Source of the DNA: Octopus vulgaris
Taxonomy: Eukaryota
NCBI GenBank assembly: GCA_951406725.2
Contig: OX597821.1
Coordinates: forward strand, 1,674,001 to 1,738,000
DNA length: 64,000 nucleotides
Direction of reading: 5' to 3'
Positions within the stretch are counted from its first letter, which is position 1. Each line of letters opens with the position of its first letter. Below the pieces are notes generated by a model that searched no databases, was not told the origin of the DNA, and saw nothing but the letters and a program-made list of their open reading frames with translations. Position numbers and translations under genes: made by a program. Below are positions 39,455-54,667 of the stretch, piece by piece.

Positions 39455-39628
39455 ATATACGTCATGTGTTAATGCTTATTCGGTTTGCTGAATAAATGCA
39501 TGAAATTACCGTGTTGTGATTGATCGCGAGTCTCTCCTGGTTGACGTGAATCTGTATATATATATATATATATATAAGCATATGTATATATATATATATG
39601 TGTATATATATATATTTATACACATATG

Positions 39629-39659
<31 letters not shown>

Positions 39660-40573
39660 GCATATATATATATATTTGCTTGTGTGTATGAGTGCATGCT
39701 TGTGTGCTGGTATGTATTTACATGTACATATATATATATATGCATATGTTATATGCGTATATATACATATTCATATATATGCAGGTACATATGAGTGTTA
39801 TGTCCAGTGTAAATACACACGCAAACATATAAATATATATATATATGTTTGTGTGTATACATGTACGTGTATATATATCAATATATGTATTTATATATGC
39901 CTGTATATATATATATATATATATATATACTTACATACATACCCACATATGCAGAAGACACATATACGTATAAGTCTGTACGTATAAAGATTTTGTCTGC
40001 AAGAGAGTTTGTCTCTTATTGTTGTCCGATGCAGATGAGTTGGTGCTATTTTCAATGTGTGTATGCGATGTGTTTTTCGTACGTTCCGAATAAACTCTTA
40101 TGTGATTACTTGTCATTTAAAACCACTTCGTTTTGGGCGAGGAGCACGAGAAGTGCATGTTTAGTATGGACGATGTAGAAATAAGATTAGCACTGGAGTC
40201 TAATGAGACAGCATCAAGGCTAATGTACCAAATACATCTTTGTAAAATTTCTTAACTGACTAACACCTCAAAAAGCACTAAACAAGATCACTATTAATTT
40301 TAAAAGACCTCATAGGCGAGATTAAAGCTTTTGCGAATCAGAGCACGTTTATTATTTAATGGTGGATTTCAACGAGATATTCTCGGCAAATGGCAGGCTT
40401 AGAGCGAGAGCCACGAGTAAAATAAAAATGGTGATTGCTGTGGAACTTTCAAGAAAATGGTTGAAATTCGATAATTCGGAACAGATCAAGTATTGGATAG
40501 TACAACGATATTTTCCAGAGATATTAATCATTGTTAGACAGTATTGTGTGTGCATTAAACACATATACACTCG

Positions 40574-40681
<108 letters not shown>

Positions 40682-41858
40682 GTATATATGTATATGTATG
40701 TATATAAGTAGATGTATATATATATATATGTATATACATATACTTATATACATACATATATATATATACATACATATACATATATACATATATATACATA
40801 CATATATATGTATATATATGTACCTATATATATATACATACATATACATACATACATACATATGTATATATATGTACCTATATATATACATACATATATA
40901 CATACATACATACATACATTCAGACATACATATATATATATATACTTTTCTTAAGCGGGTTTATTGGGGGTTTATTGTACTTTTGTGAATGAGGCTATTA
41001 TATTGAACACGCACATACTCGCAACGCATATGCATACGTATTGTATAGTACAGTGCGTGTGTGTTTGTCTCTCTCTCTATATATATGTATATACACATGA
41101 ATATATATATATCGTACAGTAAGTGTTGTAAGGTGAATTTCAAATATATTTCCGCTGATTAAACAATATACATAATACTCTGCAATCCAACTGCATTAAT
41201 CACGACTGCATGAGTGTAGCCTACCACCAAAAGTCTGAGAAGATAACTGTTAAGCATATTAGAAGACTTAATCATCTTTGCATGCAACCTCCTCATGAAT
41301 GTAACAGTAAAGCAACCGAACTCTCGTACTCTGCGTCAGAATAACGATATTTCTGACAGTGCAACAATAAGTATAAAGTAATATTTCGAGGACTATTTTA
41401 TTTGATGCCGTAAACGAGAGAATAGAAAGCCAATACGCACAATTGATGGACTGAATATCTCGCGATATTTCTTCAGAATCTCTACAATCTAAGTTCAAAT
41501 CTCAGCAATGTCACCATTGCATTTAATTCTTTCGAGGTGATAAAATCTTACCAATTAAGGGTTATTGTTTGGAGTAGATTTTAGAATCTAAGGCAACATA
41601 TCTTGTGGCATCTGCTTATTTGTCTGAACTCTTTTACTATGACCGTAATGTCTGCGTAGATACTGGTATGAAGACGTACCGGCTCATGTCGTGGACTTTT
41701 CTATGGCTAAACTTCAATAATATGTTGTGTAGAACATTTGCATGCTTTGCTAAATGCCAATCTTCCGAAGAAAATCTCGCTCGCGCCTGCGCATTTATGT
41801 ACAGCTGTAATTGCCAATTTCGGCTTACAAACGTTCTTTTTCACTTTCTCTGTATATG

Positions 41859-41951
<93 letters not shown>

Positions 41952-41999
41952 TCGTTAGCCACTACACACATTATTTTTCTCTCCTTGTTTTCTGTGTCC

Positions 42000-42035
42000 C
42001 TTTCTGTAGAAGAGCGTAGGCTCGAAACGTAAAAG
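42000..42035 (+). ncRNA. Minimal type I hammerhead-like motif (A6U variant)
   Basis: cttt CUGUAGA A gagc-gtag-gctc GAAA CG UA aaag; stem III is the palindrome ACGU. Confidence 0.65.
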
Positions 42036-42164
42036 ACTTTTTCCATTCCTGAGCGTTATACTAATACATCTGTTTGTTTTGTACACCACCTGTCTTCGTC
42101 TCTTGTTTTTTTTCGTAAACTCTTCCTATATATATATATACACACACGCACGTATATCTACGTG

Positions 42165-42229
<65 letters not shown>

Positions 42230-42242
42230 CTGTATGTGTGTA

Positions 42243-42946
42243 AAGCCAATATCCACCCTTATTTATAGACAATGGAACTAAGCGTTCTAAGTAATTAGGC
42301 ATTAAAAGACGAAAGGTAAGAAAACGTAATAGTGCACCTCATCTCAAAATGCTACAGTGTATATCAACTCACAATCCTTGAAACAGTGAGACATACAACA
42401 CTATTGTACAAAATTTACCTATGATTACTCGGGATCCAAAAAATGAACAACGCCCTGAGAACATATAAGTTTATCAAATGCAAAAGCAACACAAATCGCT
42501 GAAAAGACGTCTAAAAATACGAAGCTTTATACAACAACCACGAAACCAACGGTTAAAAAGTATGGACACCCAGACTGGAACACGCACCAACCTACTGGAT
42601 TGTTCGGAATTCCTTTTCAACAAGGAGAGAAGTTCACAATTAAAACCAATTTCCTTTGTGCTTAGGCGAATCTAATTTATGTTATAACCTGTTTAGATTG
42701 TGGACATAACTATATAGGAGAGACAAGAATGACACTGCGACGGAAAAACACATTACATTGCGGTTCCCGCAATACAAACTGATTCCTTTGAGTGAACACA
42801 TAGAGAGACGAGCAGGTAATATGCAACCAAACTTAACAGTTTTCCCTGTCCGCAAGTGCAAAGAAACAATTTCTGTACAAGAACTTTTAAATAAAGAAAA
42901 TTTGTTAATCGAAAAATACAGAACACGTCTAAATATGAACTTATAA
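42243..42946 (+). mobile_element. Penelope-like (Neptune-type) thumb plus GIY-YIG endonuclease fragment
   Basis: Across frames: YISTHNP..ETYNTIVQNLPM..DPK, KQHKSLKRRL, FTIKTNFLCA*ANLIYVITCLDCGHNYIGETRMTLRR, PLSEHIE...KENLLIEKYRTRLN. Confidence 0.8.
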
Positions 42947-43311
42947 CCAAGTTTGGTCTCTATATATTTTAATTCATGATCTCATATCCATCACCGTAAA
43001 TATTCCGTCTCACTACTTTAGCTTTTGAGTTTTCGTATATATATTTATCCCCTCTCCGAAAGATGAGCAATTACTTCCTCTATCCCCAATAACAACGGTC
43101 ACCAATTATCCCCCCTTAGATTTTTCTAGTTGTTGAATCATTCTCTACACATAACATGGACTAAAATCTTCTTAACAAAATATGAGGTTACAATTATTTC
43201 CATGTCATGATTAACGAAAGTGAAACCGGTCGACAAACACAATACACTTTCACTTATAAAATATATCAAATAATGTATTAAAACTATGCAATGTGTTGCT
43301 TTTCCTTCTTT

Positions 43312-43353
<42 letters not shown>

Positions 43354-44463
43354 CATTACAACTCACCACATGGAGATAATCTAAATTCTCCTGCTCCCTT
43401 TTTGTTATATATATATATGTATGTGTGTGTGTGTGTATGTGTGTGTGTGATGAGAGAGAGTGAGGGAGAGAGAGATGAAGATAATTATGATTTCGGTGAT
43501 TTTCTTCATTTTGCCAGACGATAACGTCTTACATTCAAAAATGACAGTGAAACATCGGTGACGTACACATGGAAAAAGCTTGAACTATACTTTTGTCACT
43601 TTCACAGTCGCCATAGTAGTTTCCAGTGACAAGCATTGCTAGATGACTGTTACAACTTTGAGTGTTAGTTTTATATCAGGATATACGTCTCCTAGATGAG
43701 CTGCACCCCTCTATGGCTTTGTCGAAAATAACTGTAGCCTCTTCTGACTGACCAGAATAAATATCATTTTGTAAGATATATACACGCTATCAATGTGCAG
43801 TATAACATTACACAGCAAAATAAATAACAATCAATAAATTAGGAACATTAAGCAATTTTAATCCTGCATGAACTAGAATTTTAATGAAGAACAACATAGA
43901 ACCAAGTAAACACAGGATTCATGCTAAAAAAGCACATCAGATGTATACACCCTTCATCAGCCGTCTAACATTATAATTTCGACACATTGGTTGTAGTCTT
44001 CAACACGGTAGCGTAAACAGCATTAAAATTTTAAAACTGCTAAATAATAGAAAAGGAGTAGGTTCAAAACATTGGTACAATATATGCGGTGTCGTGTATT
44101 TGATCTGATAAATATAGGAATGATGAGATTAACGTATAAGGGTAAAAGACTGAAGTAGTGTACGAGTAATACAGGCAGATTCCGCTGACTTTTCTTGTAT
44201 CATTATTTATTATGAAGTTAGAAAACAGTGGACAACCGAAAGAGGCACTCAACACATTTAGTCGGAAGTTATACTATTATTAAAAATATTCGATTTCACA
44301 CAATGCAACTTAAAGTTGCGTGCGCTCGTTACAAGAACCTCGCTCACCTGATTCCGATGGCCCGGGTTCCTCTAACGAACCTACGAAACGTTAAACCGAA
44401 TCAAATTGTTTTTAAGAATATTTGCATAAATACACACATATATACATGCATACATAAATACAC

Positions 44464-44560
<97 letters not shown>

Positions 44561-45750
44561 AATACATACATGAGTACATAAATCCACACACATATATATA
44601 GTATTGTATATATATATATGTATATATACATATATACAGACATTCACATGTGTGTGTATACGTTGAGTCACAACTTGATACCATGTCTGCATATACTACC
44701 TTTGCACTCCATTTTGGTATTTAATTTCTGCATTTAAATTATATCCGTTTGAATGAGTACGGCATTATCGATAGAGTTCAGGCTTGTCTACTTAGTATTA
44801 GTTCATTTAACCCCGGTTTATTTCGGTTATTTGCCTCCTGATTAAATCAATCAATACGTTTTAATGAAAAGGTGATATCATATTAATTGGAATTATAATG
44901 CAGACAAAATTTAAGGCAAAAACATAATAATATAATAATATAAAATGGAATTGAAAAGAGAGGAAAAAGAGATAAATTATCGATTTTTTAATGTCGAGGC
45001 AAATAGGACGTATATTTTGGTAAGATAGAAGTGGAAAATGTGTTGTAATATATAATATTAACCTTTCCCGCGCCACTCGTATAATACTCTCATTGAGGAA
45101 ATGAAATGAAATAGATTTGAACAAATATAGAGCAAGCCAATAACAGAGCCACTAGGCAACGTTCGATTTGCTAAACAAAATGTCCATTATGTCTTGAATA
45201 ACAAACTCTCATTGTTTTAAAAATGGCGACAGGCTGCGTCTCGAACGTCTTTCATCGAAGATTTTCTTTGTTAGGTTTGATAAAATGCAACACACACACA
45301 AAAGCGTAAGGAATCAAGGAACATTTGTGAAATAATGTAGTACATTCTTAGTAACCCAATGTCAACCAGAATAGATTTAGCTCCCCTTTTAAATACGGAG
45401 TGCTTATGATGAAAGACAGTACTCAGTTAGGTCTAACCAAGCGGGATTTTAAAATATTATATGACCAAACATTAACTGTATCATTGTTAGGTCGCATAAA
45501 AACATCAACCAACTCTTCAAATTAATCACTCGAATCTCAAACATTTAGCTAAGTGATAAGAAGTTCCCTTCTTAACAACATGGATCCTGGCTCAATCCAA
45601 ATGCGTGGCACCTTGGCCAAGCAGCCTCTGCTCTAAGTATCGAGCTGACCAACGCTATGTATGTATGTATGTATGTATGTATGTATGTATGTATGTATGT
45701 GTGTATCTATAGATACATACACACAAAGACACGCATACACACACACACAC

Positions 45751-45799
<49 letters not shown>

Positions 45800-47047
45800 G
45801 AGAGAGAGAGAGAGAGAGAGATAGAAAGAGAGCGAAAGAGGGGAGAGAGATTTATACGTATTCATATATATCTATGTGTGTTTGCTTGTGTACGTGTTTC
45901 TCGTCCATTTATCGGTTTGGCAAAATGATAGAATGAGTTCGACTAAACTCTTCGAGGTGGTGCCCCAGCATGACCGCAGTCCTGTGACTAAAACAGTTAA
46001 AAGAACAAATGAAACATTCATACATACATTCTTATGTATATATATATATTAATTATTCCCAAATGTCAAATCCAAGGGTTAAAACCACCCAAATGATGTC
46101 ATCCAAGCGTAGCACCCCTTAATTTATTGGTTTTTTACGAGACTTTCTGCGAATTCCCGAGGCTTTGTGTTATCATCTAAAATGGCACCGAACACCATTC
46201 CTTCCTGTGATTGGCTTGAACAATTGTTTAGATTTTAAGATATGTTTCCTAACATGAAACCAGTGGAAGCCTTAATACACAAATAAAGTGATTCTATCCA
46301 CCAATGCGGCGCTAAGGACTCATTATCGTCGTCCGACATTTGCACGCTCTTTTATTCATTTAATGCGTTCATGCTGGAGCACCTCCGTTAGTCGAACAAA
46401 TTGACCACACGACTTATTCTTTTGTAAGCCTAGTAATTATTCTATCAGTCTTTTACTGAACCAGTTGTCAAGCGATGGTGGGGAGGACAAACACAGACAC
46501 AGAATCATACACACACATACACACACATTTATATATATATATATATATATATACACGACGGGATTACTTCAGTCACTTATATTTGAGCACATTTCATAGT
46601 GACACCCATACAAGAATACGTGCAAGCACACGCAGACACGCTTACGCATGCACGCACACACACACACACATACAAACACACACACGCACACACACACACA
46701 TACACGCACATACACACACACATGCACATTAATACGTTATATCGATGCTATATGCTCTAAGACTCACATCCTCATAAATACCGGCAGATTAACATTGTAA
46801 AGTACCAATCATACACACACAATGCTTGCTACAGATGCATCGACCAACCACAATAAATTCCATCTGGACACACAAATACGCAGAAAACAACACTACGCAT
46901 TTAATTCGATTTCAGCGTCACCTGATCGCCCAGTGCAAACTGATTATGAAGGAATGCGTACTCAGTATTCCGGTGTGTTAACTAGTTAACGGCCTCTGCT
47001 AACGTGGTCTAGACACACGGAAAGGGAATGAATTTAAGATATGTTTC

Positions 47048-47109
<62 letters not shown>

Positions 47110-47240
47110 GTGTACATTTAAACACATAAGAAATGGCCATAACTGGACATCAGACACGCTAGAAGGAGTAGTTAAACTCCAAACTACTATTAGGGGTAAT
47201 TTCGAAAGGGAATGAAAAATAAAAACATTTACCCTCTATT

Positions 47241-47310
47241 TCCTGTACCATAGTTTCAAGCTATCTTCAGTAAATAATATAATTTACTAGGCGAAGCTCT
47301 CATCAGCGGA
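47241..47310 (-). ncRNA. Type I hammerhead motif with extended stem II
   Basis: Minus strand: tccg CUGAUGA gagct...(agtaaat/atttact)...agctt GAAA ctatgg UA cagga; stem I has a 1-nt bulge. Confidence 0.7.
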
Positions 47311-47317
47311 TATATAG

Positions 47318-47692
47318 ACGCAGGAGTGGCTGTGTGGTAAGTAGGTTGCTTACCAACCACATGGTTCCGGGTTCAAACGCACTGCATAGCACCTTGAGTA
47401 GCAGTCTTCTACCATAGCCTCGGGCCGACCAGAGTTCCGTGAGTGAATTTGGTAGACGGAAACCGAAAGAAGCCCGTAGTATATATACTTGTGTGTCTGT
47501 GTGTGCGTTGGCGTATGTTTGTGTGTATGTTTGATGTTGGTGTCTTTACGTCCTCGTAACTTAGCGATTCGGCAAAAGAGACCGATAGGATAAGTACTAG
47601 GCTTAGTACAAAGATTAAGTCCTGGGTTCGATTTGTTCGACTAAATGCGATGCACCAGCATGGTCGCAGTCACATGACTGAAAATAGTAAAT
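47318..47692 (+). mobile_element. SINE family A, full-length
   Basis: Homologous to 28006-28410. Confidence 0.85.
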
Positions 47693-48075
47693 GATATATG
47701 TCTATATCGCTGTGATCGACCAGACCATCAGATGCTGAGTAAGTGCTATGGACAGACTATAGTTAAGGTCCAGGTTCAGTGATTATGTGAATGAGGAATC
47801 CAACGTAGGTCATATATCAGTATGTGTGTATATAAAAAAGTTTTTAACCGAATGAGATAAAAATCCAAGGCTCTGAAAGATTTAAGAACATTTATAAATA
47901 GGTCTTACAGCTGTTTCCGGTATATATTATATCTCTTTTCATCTGAGAATATGGTTAAGCAATAGTTATTCTATTAAGATATGAAATAGACAGTGAAGTG
48001 GAGAAATGAAAATAGACGTGAGATATGCAGGGCTATTAGAGCCTCAGTTCCATTATTTAGGCAAAATGTTATACA

Positions 48076-48139
<64 letters not shown>

Positions 48140-49005
48140 CACACACACAGGTGTGTGTGTGTATGTGCAACATTAACCAAACAGAGTTCCACAGATGCTT
48201 ATAAGAGTTGGTGAGAGGATTCTCGGTTCGTTGCAAAGAGAGCATGAAACCATCAATAATAAATAAGAAAAGTATATGAAAATGATGTAATAGCAACGGA
48301 AGCAGAATTAGTTCAGGATATTTTAATTAACATGCATTCACGGTAAGTAAACCACAATACCCTGGGTGTCGACTTGAGAAAGCCGCTTGTATTGGCGTAT
48401 CATGCTAAAACGAACACGTGTTGTCCGCTTATCGATGACGCGCATTTGCTCAGAAATCCCGGACCTCACAATTTCAGCGCCGCTGTTGGACACTTGTTTG
48501 CTGTATTTTAGCACCATACATCTTGAATACTGGCCTTATACTATATGCAAAATGCTAATAAAAAGCATTTTTTGGGTCAAATCTGTGTTTAATTTTCTAT
48601 CGTTAACTGATTATACAGACGTGGTGTATTCTCTACTGCAAAAAGGCGCTCACAGCTTTACGTAGGAAGGAGACCCAACGGGAAGGAATGACCTCGAGGT
48701 CTTGGTTTAGACGAAAATTCAAAAAGTTTCATTTGTTGTATCAAATGGTTTTAGCACTATCAGAAATTTCCAAGACCGATTTACGATTTGTTTAATGTCT
48801 TGAGGCGCATCATTTCTTTATTTTCATCATGACTGGGGGTTATTAGAAAGCCTCGTGTTCGATTCTCTCGAAAACTAACATTTGTTTTTGTTATTTGTAG
48901 TAAAAGAGCTTGTGTAAGGGAAAACAAATTATTCCTTCCTGGAGGCATTAATTTCGCACATTACAAAATTCCAAAAAAGAAAAAAAGCTATCGAAAACAA
49001 CAACA

Positions 49006-49060
<55 letters not shown>

Positions 49061-49326
49061 ATTTTTTATCGCTGTATTTTCAGCAAATATTAACAGCAAA
49101 ATCGATAATAAATATAAAAATAGTGATACTAAGAATGATGGTTTCAAATTTCTGCACAATGCCAGTAATTTTGATGGTGGTGAGGCGAATCAGTCGGTAC
49201 CATCGATCAAGGAGGGGGGAAAAGCCAATGTTGCCCTCAGTGGCATTTGAATCCGTAACGCAAAAAAAAATAAGACTGAAATAGTGAGGCATTTTCCCAC
49301 ACTCCAACGGTTCTGCCAGTCCACCA

Positions 49327-49601
<275 letters not shown>

Positions 49602-49602
<1 letters not shown>

Positions 49603-50284
49603 CAAAAACATGTAATGAAAAGAAATATAACAAGTAACTGCAGAATATGTGGAGATGGACAAGAAACAATAAATCATATTATCTCTAGCTGCCCAGTCCT
49701 GGCTAAGAAGGAATATATTCACAGACATGACAGAGTTGGAACCTACATACATTGGAAGCTATGCCAACATTATGGAATAACAACAAAAAAAAGATGGTAT
49801 AGGCACACACCAGAAAAGGTCACAGAAAACGAGAAAGCAACCATACTCTGGGATATGTCGATACATACAGATAGAGAAATTAAGGCCAACAGACCAGATA
49901 TAGTTGTCAGAGATCATGAAGAAAAAAAAATGTTTTCTAATTGATGTATCAATACCGGCAGATGACAACGCGTCTCTAAAAGAAATGGAGAAACTCTCAA
50001 AATACAAAGACCTGGAAATAGAGGTGTACCAGAATGTGAATCTGAAAAGAGAAACAATTCCTATCATAGTAGGTGCATTAGGCATGATAAAAAAATATTC
50101 AGACAAATACATAACAAAAACACCAGGACTTACAAACACATATAACATACAGAAAATTGCACTACTAGGCACTGCACACATCCTACGCAGAACACTTTCC
50201 ATACAATAACCATCAGAGCATCACAACAAATCATAGTACATACCTAAGGCACACAGAGCTGCGCTCGGTAGTGAAGTGAAAGCA
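49602..50284 (+). mobile_element. 5'-truncated R4/Dong-like retrotransposon (CCHC knuckle plus REL endonuclease and 3' UTR)
   Basis: CRICG...ETINHIISSC, RHD, RPDIV..D, LIDVSIP, EKLSKYKDL, IIVGALG, QKIALLGTAHILRR; frameshift in the A-run near 49925; (AAT)n on both sides. Confidence 0.9.
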
Positions 50285-50498
50285 AATAATAATAATAATA
50301 ATAATTTGATTTCAGGCCGTAAAGACAGATGAAATGCCGCTAAGGTTTTTTTTTTCTGGCGGGATAACGATTCTACCAGTTCACTGCCTTAATAATGATG
50401 TTGATGATGATCCTTCCTACTATAGGAACAAGACCTGAAATTTGGGGGAGCGAGTAGTCCATTACATCGATCCCCAGTGTTTTAGTGGCAGAATAATA

Positions 50499-50560
<62 letters not shown>

Positions 50561-50937
50561 ATGGAGGAGGATTTACAGATCTTATGCCGAAGAATTAGTA
50601 AACCGCTTACAATACCAAATATGCAAGTCCCTAAAAGTACTATCAACAGGCTGTACCTACCTAGAAACGAATGAAGCAAAGGATTGTTAAATGTAGAAAA
50701 CTTTGTTAGTACTGCGATATTAGGTTTGATAAAGCATAAAAAGGCTGATAAAACATAAAAAGAATAAAATAAAGGTTACCCACTTCTTTACAACTTGATA
50801 TAAGGCAATTTTTAAAATCTAAATTAAATGGGAATAAAACTATATATGACAGGGTTTTGTGAAATATGATACACTTACCTTTTTGGTCGTATGCCTTTTA
50901 TGCATTACCAATAAAAGATTAACTACAAAACGATTTC

Positions 50938-51130
50938 GTTGTGTCTAGGGAGAGTCATTTTGTTTTCATGCCTTATTAAGTAACACACCCATAAATTGAG
51001 TAGAAATCGAACCGGTGAATGTGTTAGTTAATAAGGCGTAAAGACAAAATGACTTTCCCCAGACGCAACCAAATATGCTTCAACACACGAATTCACATAA
51101 AGATTCTTGCAAACCAGATACAAAAACGAA
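50938..51130. repeat. Foldback element (IR 50938-51069) plus tail; paralogue of 23084
   Basis: gttgtgtctagggagagtcattttg / caaaatgactttccccagacgcaac. Confidence 0.8.
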
Positions 51131-51662
51131 GTACAAAGTCATTGTTGCAGCTAGTTTTTTGTTACTGCTCTGTTTATAGAATGCTGGTTATTTATATCTA
51201 TTTATTGTTAACGTAGATATATTTGATTATTATCTTGTGACATTGAATCACCCTTATGAAGAGTCTAGAATAAATAGCTTGTCTACTGCATAGCTTTTTT
51301 ATGTATAGTCAATAAATTGGAGAAAAAACTTGAGCTAGATATTGTGTGAAAGACTATTACACATTTCATTTATAAATATAATGCAAAATTTTTCATCTAT
51401 TTAAATGGTTTTCTAACCTAATACTTACACGCATTACTCGCATTATTTAAAGCTCTATCGGCTTCTACAACACTTTCTATGGAGATTTAGGTCCTTCCCG
51501 AGACAGATTTTATTTCAGCGTTTACACGAAACTAAGAGGAGAGTAAACGCTGCTCTAAATGCTGATGTTTTCGATTTTCATAGACATTCAATAAATAGTC
51601 ATCAATAAACTAGGTTTTATCATTCAATAAAACCTTAAATATATATGTATATATATATACAC

Positions 51663-51721
<59 letters not shown>

Positions 51722-51761
51722 TGTGTGTGTCTGTATGTATTTATATATATATATACATGTG

Positions 51762-51802
<41 letters not shown>

Positions 51803-52693
51803 CATATACATGTATGTAAAATACACAGAGTAGCGAGTTATCTATAGAAATTTCCCTACCAGTGGCCTAGCATGTATAAAAAGTCAATAAACAACATATT
51901 CTCAATATAAAATAGTGTACATTTAAACGCAAGGGAAACTACCTTTAACATGTAATTTTACACGCTAGAAGAAGCAATCAAAACGACCAAAAATGTAAAC
52001 TATTTTATACATGTATGTATGTAGGTATGTATGCATGTACGTATATATGTATGCATGTAGATATTTATTTGAACGTAAATTCATAAAACAGTTAAGATAC
52101 TAAGTCAATCTCTTTTCTCTGTGTTAATTTTTTTCTGTCGCTAGTAGAAGTCTTCTTTCCACCCTAGAAATCCTTCGAGCTCTTAACTAACTTTTTTTCA
52201 ATTCTCTCTGTGATTTTTGCTGAAATAGAATTCATATGTATTTTGTATTCATGAGTGTTTCATTCGTCATACGAAACGTCTCTCAGTATTGTTTCCATGT
52301 TCAGCACTTTACGAGGTTATTCATAGTCTCGATATAAGATATTCCCACCCCTGCTTCTCTTTAGCTCACTTTATATCAAGTCAATTTGTTTATATTTCGG
52401 CGCATATTAAAACTAACGTCTTAAGCATTAGCCACAAAGAAGATTCGTTGCACCGCTCAATATCAAAAGATGGTAAAAGCAATGAGAGGAGAAATTTTCC
52501 CTGAAGAAATATATGATGCTGTTTTATATAATATGCTAACACTGACTTTTGTTTCTTTTTGTGCTTTTCCATGTTTAAAGACATTTGTCGCAGACGAGAA
52601 CTGCTTTTATTGCTGGTAAATTTACCCAAAACCTATTTGTGTGTTACAGTCCATTGAATTAAACACGCATGAATACAACAGCGTTAATGCGGG

Positions 52694-52735
<42 letters not shown>

Positions 52736-52754
52736 TATATACATGCATATATTC

Positions 52755-52995
52755 GGAGTGCGAAAGATATTTGAGGACAGATTTATGTTTATGAACAAAC
52801 AGATATATAATAACAGATAATAACTTTATCAAAACTTTCTATGAGGATAAAAATAAACCTTCTTTTCTATAATATCATTCAATAAAGCTACCTTCAACTT
52901 CAATAACTGCTTCTATATGAGATCTAAATCCTCTACATGCTCGAATCAAGTGGTTCTGGTACATTTTGGACATTACTCTGACTATGGCGTCTTTC
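52755..52995 (-). mobile_element. Tc1/mariner-superfamily transposase C-terminal remnant
   Basis: KDAIVRVMSKMYQNHLIRACRGFRSHIEAVIEVEGSFIE* matches the typical AC..FR.R.EAVI...G..IE terminus. Confidence 0.7.
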
Positions 52996-53862
52996 CAGTC
53001 GTTAGACCAGAACGAAAGGAAAATAGTGAAGTTTGGGAGAAATATTTTCCTTGAAAAGAGAAAAGATAGACGCTGTGTTTTACTTGTCTTGTTTTCCATT
53101 TTTTCTCTCGTTGTTTGCATCTTTAACTCATTTGTTTTCGTACTTCATGTTGTTTACAGAGTTGGTGATGTCCTGTTCACATATAAGCATCCATTTCCAA
53201 GTAAGTTTATCTTAACCTTTTTGATGCGACTCTACTCTATGCTGTTTTGTTCCCCCATCACTCTCTAATTCCCCTTTCCCCTGTCACCGTTTTCTATCTG
53301 TCCCTCTCTACCCTCTTTCTCTTTTCTCTCTCTCTCTCGTTATTCACACGTGACCATCGTCCATCTTTCTTTTTCTCACGTGACCATATTTCTTTTCCTG
53401 CATGACGTTCTAAGGACTGGATGTTTTCTTCCTCACTCTTCTATCTTTTCTCTTTTCAAAAACAAATATTTCTTCCAGCGTTCACTTTTTTCCTCTCGTT
53501 CTGGTCTAACGCCCCGCCATGTTTGTTTTCATTCGCTTCAATCGTATGTCTCCACTGTCGTGTACTTTTGCCCAATTTTGCCCCTCCATAAATCCTAAAT
53601 TTTACATTGGAATTTATTGGAACAGCTGCCTTTGAAGACTCATGTTGTCGTTGAATGCTCGAAATGAAGAGTAGATAGTCTGCCGACAAATGATGAAGGT
53701 TCGTTCTCTGTGTTACTTGTCATATTTTTCAATTGTCCTCTCATTTTTCGCGTATTTAACTCATTTGTTTTAATACTTCATGTTGTTTACACAGTTGGTG
53801 ACGTCCTGTACACATATATGCTTTTATATATGTATATATATATATATATATGATGACAGAGA

Positions 53863-53895
<33 letters not shown>

Positions 53896-54489
53896 TGACA
53901 GAGCGATACACACACATATGTATTGTTTTATTCTTTCATTCTTTTAATTTTTTCAGTCATTTGACTGTGGTCATGCTGGAGCACCACCTTTATTCGAACA
54001 AATAGAACCCAGAGCTTATTCTTTGTAAGCCTAGTGCTTATTCAATCGACCTTTTTCCCGAACCACTAAGTTATGGGGACGTAAACACAGCAGCAGTGGT
54101 CGTCAACCGATGTTGGGGAGAAACACACAAACACACAAACATATACACACACACGTATATATATATATATATATATATATCGGTATATAAAGGTTGAATT
54201 TGGATTCGTCTTTTAATTGGAGGTTTCCAAAAAAGATTTCTAATGTCGATTCTTCAGACTTTGCTGGGAGTTTACAGGCGTAAATTTGTGAAGATATGAA
54301 AGTAGTCCTTACTTGTATATAATGTATGAAGGGTTTACGGAATGAAGTTCCATAAATCCCATCAATTTCGATAAGAATGGAGGAAACAAGTTGTTAAAAT
54401 TTATAAGTTCAATTCCTACGGACGATCTTTTCGTACATAGATATAATAATATATATTCATGATTGAATTTAATAAAATAAATTTCATCG

Positions 54490-54555
<66 letters not shown>

Positions 54556-54667
54556 ACATATATATACATATACATATATATATATACATATATATACATA
54601 TATATACATATACATATGCATACATATATATATATATATATATATATAATAAATTCAGGGTGAATAC

